Positions 49,486 through 60,005 of a stretch of DNA of 64,000 nucleotides are shown here, piece after piece. The translations under genes and the position numbers were made by a program. The stretch covers positions 20,770,001-20,834,000 of the forward strand of contig JBNRSN020000025.1 in assembly GCA_051313645.2 (NCBI GenBank). The letters run 5' to 3'. Position 1 is the stretch's first letter. Each line of letters starts with the position of its first letter. The notes beneath the pieces were generated by a model. It was not told the origin of the DNA. It worked only from the letters and a program-made list of their open reading frames with translations, and searched no databases. The DNA is from Centroscyllium fabricii (taxonomy: Eukaryota).

Positions 49486-52365
49486 CTAGTACCCCGTCCC
49501 CGCCTTTTCTCCATAACCTTTAATCCCTTTAGCTTGAAGAAATATATCCAGTTCCCTCTTGAATATGTTTAATGAACTGGCCTCCACCGCCCTCTGTGGC
49601 AGGGAATTCCACAGGCCCACCACTCTCTGAGTGAAGAAATTCTTCCTCATGTCTGTCCTAAATGGTTTACCCCTTATCCTTAGACTGTGGCCCCTGGTTC
49701 TGGACTCCCCCGCCATTGGAAACATTCTCTCTGAATCTAACCTGTCCAGACCTTTCAGAATTTTATACGTCTCAATGAGATCGCCTCTCAATCTTCTAAA
49801 CTCCAATGAGTACAAGCCCAGACTAGACAATCTCTCCTCGTAGGTCATTCCTGCCATTCCAGGAATCAGCCTGGTGAAACGCCGCTGCACTCCTTCCATG
49901 GCAAGAACATCCTTCCTCAGGCGAGGCGACCAGAACTGTACACAGTACTCGAGGTGTGGTCTCACCAGTGCCTTGTACAGCTGCAGTAAGGTATCCTTAT
50001 TCCGATACTCGAACCCTCTTGATATGAAGGCCAACATACCATTTGCCTTCCTAACCGCCTGCTGCACCTGCGTGCTCGCTTTCAGCGACTGGTGCACAAG
50101 AACACCCAGGTCTCTCTGCACCTCCCCATCTCCCAATCTATTGCCATTTAAGTAGTAATCTGCCCTCCTGTTTTTGCCCCCAAAGTGGATAACCTCACAT
50201 TTATCCACATTATAGTGCATCTGCCATCTATCTGCCCAGTCCCCCAACTTATCCAAATCGCCCTGTAACTTCCTGACACCCTCTTCAGAGCCTGCCCCCC
50301 CTCCTAGTTTGGTGTCGTCCGCGAATTTGGAGATATTACATTCAATTCCCTGATCCAGATCATTAATATATATTGTAAACAGCTGAGGTCCCAGGACAGA
50401 CCCCTGCGGTACTCCACTAGTCACCGGCTGCCACCCAGAAAACGAGCCGTTAATTCCAACTCTCTGTTTTCTGTCTGCCAACCAGTTCTCTATCCACATC
50501 AAAACTTTGCCCCCAATCCCATGAGCCTTAATTTTACATGCTAATCTTTTATGTGGAACCTTATCGAAAGCTTTCTGGAAGTCAAGGTACACCACATCTA
50601 CTGGCTCTCCCCCATCTATTTTCCGAGTTACTTCCTCAAAGAATTCCAATAGATTAGTTAAACATGATTTACCTTTTGTAAACCCATGTTGACTCTGTCC
50701 GATCTCATCCCTACTTGTCAAATGCTCTGAGATTACATCCTTGATGATGGACTCGAGCATTTTGCCCACTACTGATGTAAGGCTTACTGGTCTATAATTC
50801 CCTGCTTTCTCTCTGCCCCCCTTTTTAAATAGTGGGGTAACATTAGCCACCCTCCAATCCGTGGGTACTGATCCAGAGTCTATTGAGTTCTGGAAAATGA
50901 TCCTTAATGCACCCTCTATTTCCGGGGCTACCTCTTTAAGTACCCTAGGATGTAGATTATCAGGCCCTGGGGATTTGTCGGCCTTCAATCCCTTCAACTT
51001 CCCCAAAACCATCTCCCTAGAGATACTGATATCTGTCAGCTCCTCCCTTGCATTGGACCCTATGTTCGCTGCTATCCCTGGGAGGTTGCTTGTGTCCTCC
51101 TTTGTGAAGACAGTACCAAAATATGAATTTAGTTGGTCTGCCATTTCTTTATTCCCCATTATATATTCCCCTGAATCGGACTGCAAGGGACCGACTTGGG
51201 ATTTTACCAATCTTTTCCTCTTGATGTACCTATAAAAGCTTTTGCAGTCAGTTTTTATGTTTGCCGCAAGCTTACATTCATAATCTATCTTCCCCCTCCT
51301 GATTAATCCCTTTGTCTTCCTTTGCTGTATCCTGAACTGCTCCCAATCTTCCGGCCTAGTACTTTTTTTGGCCAATTGATATGCCCATTTTTTGGATTTA
51401 ATGTTGTCCCTTATTTCCCTTGTTATCCACGGTTGAGTCACCTTTCTAGGTTTATTCTTATGCCAAACCGGTATGAACGAGTTCTGTATTTCTTCCATCC
51501 TATACTTGAATGCTTGCCATTGTCTATCCACATTCAATCCCCCCAGGAACACTGCCCAATCTATCTTGCTTAATTCCCTTCTCATACCTTCATAATTCCC
51601 TTTATTTAAATTCAGGACCTTAGTCTCTGAGTTGATCTTTTCACTTTCCATCTCAACTGAGAATTCGATCATATTATGATCGCTCCGACCCAAGGGGCCT
51701 CGTACAACGAGATTGTTAATTAGTCCCTTCTCATTGCACAATACCCAGTCTAAGATGGCCTGATCCCGAGTTGGTTCCTCGACATATTGGTCCAGATACC
51801 CATCCCGTAGACATTCTAGGAATTCCTCCTCCTCAGTATTTTTACTAACTTGGCTAGTCCAATCAATATGTAGATTAAAGTCGCCCATGACGACAGCTGT
51901 GCCCTTATCGCAAGCTTCTCTAATTTCCCTTTTTATGCCATCCCCCACCTCCATATTACTATTTGGAGGCCTGTATATAACTCCCACTAATGTTTTCCGC
52001 CCTTTACTATTTCTTAGTTCTACCCATATAGATTCCGTATCATCTGAGTTAATATCCTTCCTTTCAATTGCATTTATCCCCTCTTTCACCAGCAATGCCA
52101 CCCCACCTCCCTTTCTTTTGTGCCGATCCTTTCTGAATGTTGTATACCCCGGGATGTTGAGTTCCCAGCCTTGCACCCCCTGCAGCCATGTTTCCGTAAT
52201 TCCAATCAACTCATATTTGCTTACCTCTATTTCCACAGCTAGTTCATCCACCTTGTTCCTAATGCTTCTTGCATTAAGATACAAAGCCTTTAGGCTTGTT
52301 TTGATCACACTATTATGAATTTGTTTGGCCCTTTGTGTTTCTCTCCCTTGCTTATTGTTTCTCAC
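49486..52365 (-). CDS. CR1 ORF2: APE endonuclease + reverse transcriptase (frame open upstream to about 52460; no initiating AUG)
   Basis: APE motifs YLNARS, ITETW, YRPP, MGDFN, LDWVL, SDH; RT motifs YLDFQKAFDKV, GVPQGSVLGP, FADDTK. 959 codons without a stop. The annotated start is GTG. Confidence 0.95.
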   Translation of the reverse strand: MRNNKQGRETQRAKQIHNSVIKTSLKALYLNARSIRNKVDELAVEIEVSKYELIGITETWLQGVQGWELNIPGYTTFRKDRHKRKGGGVALLVKEGINAIERKDINSDDTESIWVELRNSKGRKTLVGVIYRPPNSNMEVGDGIKREIREACDKGTAVVMGDFNLHIDWTSQVSKNTEEEEFLECLRDGYLDQYVEEPTRDQAILDWVLCNEKGLINNLVVRGPLGRSDHNMIEFSVEMESEKINSETKVLNLNKGNYEGMRRELSKIDWAVFLGGLNVDRQWQAFKYRMEEIQNSFIPVWHKNKPRKVTQPWITREIRDNIKSKKWAYQLAKKSTRPEDWEQFRIQQRKTKGLIRRGKIDYECKLAANIKTDCKSFYRYIKRKRLVKSQVGPLQSDSGEYIMGNKEMADQLNSYFGTVFTKEDTSNLPGIAANIGSNAREELTDISISREMVLGKLKGLKADKSPGPDNLHPRVLKEVAPEIEGALRIIFQNSIDSGSVPTDWRVANVTPLFKKGGREKAGNYRPVSLTSVVGKMLESIIKDVISEHLTSRDEIGQSQHGFTKGKSCLTNLLEFFEEVTRKIDGGEPVDVVYLDFQKAFDKVPHKRLACKIKAHGIGGKVLMWIENWLADRKQRVGINGSFSGWQPVTSGVPQGSVLGPQLFTIYINDLDQGIECNISKFADDTKLGGGAGSEEGVRKLQGDLDKLGDWADRWQMHYNVDKCEVIHFGGKNRRADYYLNGNRLGDGEVQRDLGVLVHQSLKASTQVQQAVRKANGMLAFISRGFEYRNKDTLLQLYKALVRPHLEYCVQFWSPRLRKDVLAMEGVQRRFTRLIPGMAGMTYEERLSSLGLYSLEFRRLRGDLIETYKILKGLDRLDSERMFPMAGESRTRGHSLRIRGKPFRTDMRKNFFTQRVVGLWNSLPQRAVEASSLNIFKRELDIFLQAKGIKGYGEKAGTGY

Positions 52366-52436
52366 CTTCCTACCATTTGTTTCTGGCTTCCTATGACCTC
52401 CCTCTTTTCCACTACCTATCCCAACCCCCTGCCAAG

Positions 52437-53387
52437 TTAGTTTAAACCCTCCCCAACCATGCTAGCAAACCTCCCCGCCAGGATATTGGTCCCCCTCCGG
52501 TTAAGGTGGAGACCGTCGTCCCTATACCAGTCCCACCTTTCCCAGAAACAGGGCCAGTTATCCAGGAAACTAAAGCCCTCCCTCCTGCACCAACTCTTGA
52601 GCCACGTATTAAGCTGCTCTATCCTTCTATTCCTATACTCACTAAATCGTGGCACAGGGAGTAATCCAGAGATTACAACCTTTGAGGTCCTGCACTTTAA
52701 TTTTCTGCCTAGCTCCCTGAATTCTTGTTGCAGGACCTCATCCCTCTTTTTACCTATGTCGTTGATTCCTATGTGTACAACGACCTCTGGCTGGTTTCCC
52801 TCCCTTTTCAGGATGTCCTGCAGCCGTTCTGTGACATCCTTGACCCTGGCACCAGGGAGGCAACAGACCATCCTGGAGTCACGTCTACGGCCACAGAAAC
52901 GCCTATCTGCTCTCCTTACGATAGAGTCCCCTACCACTATTGCTCTCTCATGCCTTTTCCCCCCCAGCTGAACAGCAGAAGCAACCCCAGTGCCCGGAGT
53001 TTGGCCACTGCTGCTTTCCCCTGGTAGGTCCCCCCCCCCAACAGTATCCAAAGCGGTATACTTGTTCGTGAGGGGGATGACCACAGAGGTTTCCTGCTCT
53101 ACCTGCCTGGCCCTACTGTTCTTTCTGATGGTCACCCATTCCCCTTCTGCCTGCACACCCTTAGCCTGCGGTGTGACCAGCTCACTGTATGAGTAATCCA
53201 CGCTCCCCTCAGCTTCGTGAATGCTCCCTAACCCATCCACCCTCAGTTCCAGTGCCGCAATGCGGTCAGTCAGTAACTGAAGGTGGACGCATTTCCCGCA
53301 CACATGGTCACCAGGGGCTCCAATGGTGTCCCTGGCTTCCCATATGTGGCAGGAGGAGCAAAGCACGGCACCATGCTGCACTGACAT
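52437..53387 (-). CDS. CR1 ORF1: C4 zinc finger, leucine zipper and SGNH/GDSL esterase domain
   Basis: CSSC…CGKC, heptad LLTDRIAALELRVDGL, SGNH blocks VVGDS, PGA, HIGIND, DGLHLN. 316 aa with an ATG start. Confidence 0.92.
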   Translation of the reverse strand: MSVQHGAVLCSSCHIWEARDTIGAPGDHVCGKCVHLQLLTDRIAALELRVDGLGSIHEAEGSVDYSYSELVTPQAKGVQAEGEWVTIRKNSRARQVEQETSVVIPLTNKYTALDTVGGGDLPGESSSGQTPGTGVASAVQLGGKRHERAIVVGDSIVRRADRRFCGRRRDSRMVCCLPGARVKDVTERLQDILKREGNQPEVVVHIGINDIGKKRDEVLQQEFRELGRKLKCRTSKVVISGLLPVPRFSEYRNRRIEQLNTWLKSWCRREGFSFLDNWPCFWERWDWYRDDGLHLNRRGTNILAGRFASMVGEGLN

Positions 53388-53812
53388 GACTTACCCCACT
53401 AATTACTTTTACAAAAAATTAACACCCCAAAAAAACAAGATATATACTAGGGTGCTAGTCTATCAGAAGTCCCCGTTATACCACAGAGACCTCAGAAAAA
53501 TAAATAAATAAAAATAAATAAATCACTTACCCTGCTTGCCTTTATAGCCGCCGCCTCCTGTTGTCTCCTCCTAGTACCGTCCCGCTGCCTGCTCCTGAAA
53601 AGAAAGACCCGCGAAAAACTCCTGCCCTGGTCCTGCTGCTGCCACCGACTGCTACCTCTGTCCAGGAGCCCCTTCCACTCACGTTCAGTCTCTGAAAATA
53701 ATCAATAAATCACCTACCTTTTTTTCAAAATTCTCTCAACCCCTAAAGGTTAGAGGAGGTGGAAGGGTGGGAGACACTAGTGTAGTGTCTCGGGTTTAGC
53801 AACTGCTCCACC

Positions 53813-53846
53813 TATATACGGGTTCCAATTGATTTGCCCCGCCCCC
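53813..53846 (-). promoter_or_regulatory. Candidate internal pol II promoter of the CR1 (GC box, CCAAT, TATA)
   Basis: Sense-strand order GGGGGCGGGGC (53846-36), ATTGG (53829-25), TATATA (53818-13). Confidence 0.45.
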
Positions 53847-53882
53847 TGGCTTTGAAAAAAGCCCGCGCTGCCGCTGTGTGAA

Positions 53883-54117
53883 GCCCGCTGCTCTCGCTCC
53901 AAGTCCCGCTCCCGGGTCTGGTCTCTGCCGCCGCCGCTGCTCCTTTTGGAGCCCGCTGCTCTCGCTCCAAGTCCCGCTCCCGGGTCTGGTCTCTGCCGCC
54001 GCCGCTGCTCCTTTTGGAGCCCGCTGCTCTCGCTCCAAGTCCCGCTCCCGGGTCTGGTCTCTGCCGCTGCCGCTGCTCCTTTTGGAGCCCGCTGCTCTCG
54101 CTCCAAGTCCCGCTCCC
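53883..54117 (-). repeat. 68-bp CpG-rich tandem monomers (about 3.5 copies) at the CR1 5' end
   Basis: Units start at 53883, 53951, 54019 and 54087 and are nearly identical. Confidence 0.95.
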
Positions 54118-55168
54118 GGGATGTGGAGGCGTTGGAGAGGGTGCAGAAGAGATTCACCAGGATGCTGCCGGGAATGGGGGGAAAGTCGTACGAGGAGAGG
54201 TTGAGGGAGCTGGGACTCTTCTCCCTGGAACGGAGAAGGAAGATGGGGGACTTAATAGAGATGTTTAAAATGATGAAGGGGATCGATAGAGTAAACGTGC
54301 AGAGACTGTTTCCCCGGGTGGGAAGAACGACAACAAGAGGGCACGAGCACAAGATTCAAGGAGGAAGATTCAGAAGGGATGGCAGGGGCAAGTTCTTTAC
54401 ACAGAGAGTGGTCGGGGAATGGAATAGGCTACCATCTGAAATAGTGGATGTGGACAGTCTGGGTGCTTTTAAAAGGATGATAGATAGGTACATGGAGGGG
54501 AAGGAAGAGTAGGGGGGACCGGAAAAATCAGAGACGGACTAAGCGCGGCACTACACTGAGGGCCCAAGGGCCTGTACAGTGCTGTATGTTCTGTGTTCTA
54601 TATCCCACCCTATCCCCGTAACCCCACACATTCAATCCCCCTGACACTAAGGGTCAATTTATCATGGCCAATCAACCTAACCCGCACATCTTTGGACTGT
54701 GGGAGGAAACCGGAGCACCCGGAGGAAACCCGCGCAGACACGGGGAGAATGTGCAAACTCCACACAGATAGTCACCCGAGGCTGGATTTGAACCCGGGTC
54801 TCTAGTGCTGTGAGGCAACAGTGCTAACCACTATGCCACCGTGCCGCCCTGAAGTGAACACAGGTAAGATTATTAATTGTATCATATGCACAAGAAATTG
54901 TTTCTGGTGTTGTCCAAGATTAGTTGATGACTAGTAAGGATTTTATTTAATACAAGTTAGCGACAAAGTTGGGAGAGAGCCTTCAGAAACTCTCTCCACA
55001 GAGTCACCTAGTGGCCAGAGCCTGCAACTACACCGTGACACTTTAATGGGAAATGTTGACAGAAAAGCGACTAAACATCACACTAGGAAGTACGGTCTGT
55101 GAACAAGGGAGTGTGTGTCTTTTGCAAGATTATATATGAATTCCCTGTTTGCTTCTGAAAACTATAAT

Positions 55169-55915
55169 GGGCCGGATTTTCCGATGGCCCCCGAGGCCAA
55201 ACGCGTGAGTACGGAGCGGGTACTCACACGTACGGCCCTCGGAAGTGTTGGTTCTGTGCGTGCAACAAGCATGCGCACAGAACCAGTACTTCCGATGCCG
55301 GCTCTGGGAGGGGTGGGGTCAAGAGCCAGAGCGCTTTGGCCTGCGCACCAGGAGGTCCACAGTGCACTTCCGATTTTTTGTGAAGTTTTTTATCGGGGTA
55401 AGTATCGGAAAAGATACGGCTGAAAATATCAACCATAACTACCCAATTTTAGCAGGTAAGATTCTATTTTATTCAATGTATGTATTTCTTTCACAGGTTA
55501 TTTATTTTAAAATAATTTAGTTAAAAACCTAAAATATTTTTTCAAATTTTTTATTTTTTGTTTAAAATAGGTAATTTATGGTAGTGATAGTAATGTTAAA
55601 AAATGTGGTGCTTATTTATTTTATTGTTTAGTGTGTTTTTGGGGCTCTTGCATTTTATAACTTTGACAGATCTTTCTGTCAAATTAATAAATGGAGGGTC
55701 CTTGTTGGTGATTAGTTCCCCACGGACCACATGGTCCCGCACGGAGCTCCCCCACTAACTACGACGCTGAGTTGCCTCAGCGCGGCGCGTGGGGCCTGGA
55801 GCAGGCCAGAGAATCGGGATTTCAAATCCCAGAAGAGGACAACGGCAGGTGCGCTCCGTAAGTGTAGGTTTGAAGCTTGCACCCGCGGCAAAGCTCCGAT
55901 GCTAATTTGTGGGCC
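55169..55915. mobile_element. Diverged non-autonomous DNA transposon (Harbinger-like)
   Basis: GC-rich arms (GGGCCGGATTTT…AATTTGTGGGCC) around an AT-rich core. Confidence 0.45.
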
Positions 55916-57391
55916 ATTATTGTTCTAGAATATTAATTTTTACCTTCATATAATGGTATAAAAAACATAAAACTGGAAATCTAAAACAGACACTAAGTGC
56001 AGTGTCGATGATTGTTTGGTGTCTATTTGTCTACAGAAGGATTTGCTTTAAATAACAATCACAATTTACACTTGGCACTTCCCTTTTGAAAAAAAAAGCC
56101 CAAATCATAGTTGAGGTATTTTTATTCCACGTTTTTAGGTCAGTTTCATTGTAAAGTTAATCATTCTGCCTTAAAATATCAACATTGTCATGCCTGACCA
56201 TCGGTAAATGCAACAGACAATAGGAGGAAGTAATTCAGAGCTGGAACAATGCACCTCGCCACAGATCGGTAAAAGACTCACAAAAAGAGATCCTGCAGTT
56301 TTGAACTGTTCTAGTTTCTATTAAGTCACTCGGAAGTGAAGTTTTATTCACTTCTAGTGAGATAATATCATCACACCAGCCCCATGGAAACGTTTCAGAA
56401 GCTGGATTTACTGCCTTAACTTATGGGAAGTAACCAAAAATGAAATTTGTTTCAGGTTGCAATTAGTTACAAGTTAGCCTTAATTCTACTGTATTTATTT
56501 CTTCCCCCTCATCTTCTTTCTCCCCCCCCCACGAGGACGGGAAAGGTTGCTGCTTCCGACAGCATCATTCAGGCAGTGGACTGGACTGTAGTGCAGTTGC
56601 AAAGCAAGTCTCTCCTGCCAGTGCCACTACCTTGTCCTGCCTCGACATCTCCATACTATTTTTACAAAATTATCATGTAATAATTATATAACAATATTAT
56701 TTATTGCCCTTCAAATTCATTTTCAGTTTTAAATAAAAAGGTGTCTGTGATTCGAATGTCAAGGTCTACACAATGTGAGTACGTGGATATTTCTGTAAAA
56801 CTGGTTTGTGCTGTTTGGGCTGTTGCAAATCCACCTTGAGCATTTCAAAGCCTTCAGTCACCCCTGCACCCACATCATAAATTACAGAAATGATGTGGGT
56901 GTCACTGTTCCAGGAACTAGTTCCGCCTGTATATTTAAAACTGGGCCTGGAGTGAAACTTGGAATTTGTAAATTCTACTTCAAATCAGAACCACGCCCAG
57001 GTTAAAGCAAGATTACCCGGTGAAAACGTTCTATTAGTTCAACTATTTTGACACAACTTTTGAATTTTATACCCAATTAAAAAAAAAAACTTTTGCAATC
57101 TTACGGTGTCGTTTTAATTACTTCTGTTCTGACCAGTCAGAAATGGACCTGAATTTTCATTCATTTTTAGAGGTGCCCTTAAAGATCCAAGCACCGAAAA
57201 TCATGGGCTGGCGGGAAGCGGAAACGTGACATACACAGTTTTCCTGGGGAGGAAACATCGGAACAGGAGTAGGCCATTCAGCTCCTTGAGCCTGTTCCGC
57301 CAGTCAATGGCAGGGGAGGGAAGGGAAGAGGCGGGTGGGGGGTGGGGGTGTGGTGGTGCTGGAGCCCGGAGCCCGGTTCCACCAGAGCTGC

Positions 57392-57600
57392 TGTGGTAAA
57401 TCACTGTATATATATGTTTGTATCTGTATGCATTGTGTGTGTGACCTCCACTGTTTGTACAGAGTCTTTCATGTATAGCTTGTCCGGGCATGCCCGTGCT
57501 GACCCCGCCTGTGGCTCCTCCTCCCCGGACCCAGGTATAAAGGCGACTGTCTCCCTCCCCCAATCATTCTGGGATCGGTCGACTAGCTGGGGCATGCTCC
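57392..57600 (+). mobile_element. Truncated LTR (Gypsy-like), within a larger diverged MITE (about 57145-58581)
   Basis: Starts TGTGGTAAATC, GC box CCCCGCC, TATA GGTATAAAGG. No TSD identified. Confidence 0.4.
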
Positions 57601-57620
57601 GACGTGGGGCCCCTTACGGT

Positions 57621-57900
57621 TAGAAACATAGAAGATAGGAGCAGGAGTAGGCCATTCGGTCCTTCGAGCCTGCTCCGCCATTCAATGAGATCATGGCTGA
57701 TCATCCAAACCCAGTACCCCGCGCCCCTGCCCTCTCCCTATATCCCTATCGAGCCTGCACCAACACATATTCCACCCTATCCCCGTAACCCCACATATTC
57801 AACCCCCCTAACACTAAGGGTCAATTTATCCTGGCCAATCAACCTAACTCGCACATCTTTGGACTGTGGGAGGAAACCGGAGCACCCGGAGGAAACCCAC
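57621..57900 (-). mobile_element. 5'-truncated V-SINE
   Basis: Homologous to the 17101 copy. Confidence 0.88.
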
Positions 57901-58592
57901 GTTGTCCGGCCGGCGGGTGCGTAAGTTTGGGGGCCATACCGTGCTGCCTGCAGGTGCTGGGTGGGCGTACCGTGGTGCTGGTGCCTCGAGGGGTATGATG
58001 TACCGTGGCGCTGGTGCCCCGAGGGTGGCGGTGGGGGGGTGGGGTGCGGGCTGGTGGGTCTTTTCATATTCACACTTCTTGTGCCAGCATCCCATCTCAG
58101 GGGGACGTGATTGGTGTGATGACATTTCCTGCCAAAATTCCTGCAATTTCCACCATTCTTGCAACCGGCCTAAAGTGCACATTACACATCTGTACTGACT
58201 GAGGAAAAGTGGGAGTAGGAGTGGGCCCAACAATATGGTTTTCCAGTGCACTTGGCCACAAAGCAATCACTTTGCTGTTAAGAAAGCGGGTTACAGGAGA
58301 AGGGGAAGTTCTTCAAATAAAATGATATCTTTGGCCACAATGGGTTACCTGCCCCCCCCAGCCCCCCACTATAGAATCAGAAGAGTGTGCTGCACTGATA
58401 TTCCCAGCACCTGCAGGGAAAGCCCCTGGGGAGTGCTGTTAATGGCGCGGGGCATCTGCGCCTGCTTCCTTTATGTAGATGAGCCAGTTCCAGGAATTTG
58501 GCATGGGGTCAGTCGCTGCTCCATGCCGGCAGCCAGAGGTCTCAACCTGTCACAGAGTGGGGCAAAAGGAATTTCAGCCCCCAGTATTTTAA

Positions 58593-58895
58593 GAAAGATA
58601 GACTTGCATTTATATAGCGCCTTTCATGATCTCAGGATGCCCCAAAGCGCTTTACAGACAATGAAGTACTTTTGAAGCATTGTGAAACGCGGCAGCCGAT
58701 TTGCGCACAGCAAGCTCCCACAAGCAGTGTGAAAATGACCAGGTAATCTGTTTTTGTGATGTTGATTGAGGGACAAATATTGGCCCAGGACACCGGGGAG
58801 AACTCCCCTGCTCTTCTTCAAAATAGTGGCCGTGGGATCTTTTACATCCACCCGAGAGAGCAGACGGGGCCTCGGTTTAACGTCTCATCCGAAAG
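58593..58895 (-). mobile_element. Deu-domain SINE (SacSINE1-like) fragment
   Basis: L2-type tail (GACTTGCATTTATATAGCGCCTTT) plus the GGGATCTTTTACATCCACCCGAGAGAGCAGACGGGGCCTCGGTTTAACGTCTCATCCGAAAG core. Shorter remnants at 40453 and 21846. Confidence 0.7.
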
Positions 58896-59210
58896 AGTGG
58901 GAAAACCCTAGTGTAGGTTAGTATGTTAAACACTAGCTTGCATTGCCAGCATTTCCTTGTCAGTTGGCTGCACCGTAGAGTAGCATAGTGGGATCAGATG
59001 CTGAAGGGGCGTCTCCTGCATTTATACTACAAGATATCAGAGAACCACCTACAATAGATAAACAATCGCACCATGTTTAGTTGCATTCACAACTTTTCCA
59101 GCTTCGAACCTACCCTGATTTTAGGAAAGATCCCAATGGGACAGCAATTTGCAGCCAATGTAGCCTGAGTTCTGACTCCATCAACCACTCAGGCAGAACC
59201 CAGCAGTGTG

Positions 59211-59546
59211 AAACATAGAAATATAGAAGATAGGAGCAGGAGTAGGCCATTCGGCCCTTCGAGCCTGCTCCGCCATTCAATGAGATCATGGCTGATCATC
59301 CAAACCCAGCACCCCGTCCCTGCCTTGTCCCCATATCCTTCGATCCCAATCGAGCCTGCACCAACACATATCCCACCTTATCCCCGTAACCCCACATATT
59401 CAATCCCCCTAACACTAAGGGTCAATATATCCTGGCCAATCAAACTAACCCGCACATCTTTGGACTGTGGGAGGAAACCCACGCAGACACGGGGAAAATG
59501 TGCAAACTCCACACAGATAGTACCCGAGACTAGATTTGAACCCGGG
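59211..59546 (-). mobile_element. V-SINE truncated just upstream of the B box
   Basis: Homologous to the 17101 copy, ending at TTTGAACCCGGG. Confidence 0.88.
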
Positions 59547-59648
59547 TTAAAACAACACGAGAAACACTGCAGAAAATGCTGTGAACAGGCAGACAGTATC
59601 TGCAGAGAGAAGAAGGTCGAGTAAAAGTTCTACTTGATCATTGACCTG

Positions 59649-59748
59649 GTGTAGAGGGAGCTTTCCTCTGTATCTAACCCGTGCTGTATCTGCCCTGGGA
59701 TTGTTTGATGGGGACAGTGTAGAGGGAGCTTTACTCTGTATCTGACCC
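59649..59748. repeat. About 1.5 copies of a ~68-bp tandem unit (GTGTAGAGGGAGCTTT…CTCTGTATCT)
   Basis: Direct repeat at 59649 and 59717; diverged relative near 38460. Confidence 0.6.
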
Positions 59749-60005
59749 TCATTGTTCTCTTCAGTCTTATGTTGAACTTCATATCCAACTTCTGGTACAT
59801 CACAAGGACCACCTTTTTCTACGTGGAGAACATTACCCTCCCCGCTTTCCTGCCCCCAATGAACTCCGCCCTCCCCTCCCACACTGAACTCACGATGTTG
59901 AAACCTTTATCCATATCTTGAGGATTGATTTTCTCTTCATCAAATGTTCTCTTTGCCATCCTCCATACTGCACTTATTAAAAACTTCTGCAAATCCAGAA
60001 CTCCG

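Larger units (their letters stand above)
49393..54117 (-). mobile_element. Near full-length, intact CR1 LINE
   Basis: Two uninterrupted ORFs, a 5' UTR with tandem monomers, a 3' UTR with (TTCTATGA)n-type tail, and GGGAT duplicated at 49388-92 and 54118-22. Confidence 0.95.
49094..54600 (+). mobile_element. 5'-truncated CR1 (different subfamily), split into 49094-49392 and 54118-54600
   Basis: The reading frame …QFWAPYYRRD | DVEALERVQKRFTRMLPG… continues across the inner insertion; tail ends TGTTCTGTGTTCTA. Confidence 0.9.
48944..54849 (-). mobile_element. Full-length V-SINE split into 48944-49093 and 54601-54849 by nested CR1 insertions
   Basis: The left piece ends GAGCCTGCAC and the right piece starts TATCCCACCC; these are nearly contiguous in intact copies (about 7 bp missing). 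A/B boxes lie at 54785-54840. Confidence 0.88.

Noticed and set aside
49631-53196. Plus-strand ORFs antisense to CR1 ORF1/ORF2
   Set aside because: Shadow frames of a coding sequence, with no independent evidence.
53745-53812. HDV-like ribozyme or tRNA-like element in the CR1 5' UTR
   Set aside because: A 7-bp outer helix and a hairpin exist, but I could not build the nested P1/P1.1/P2/P3 double pseudoknot or find a B box.
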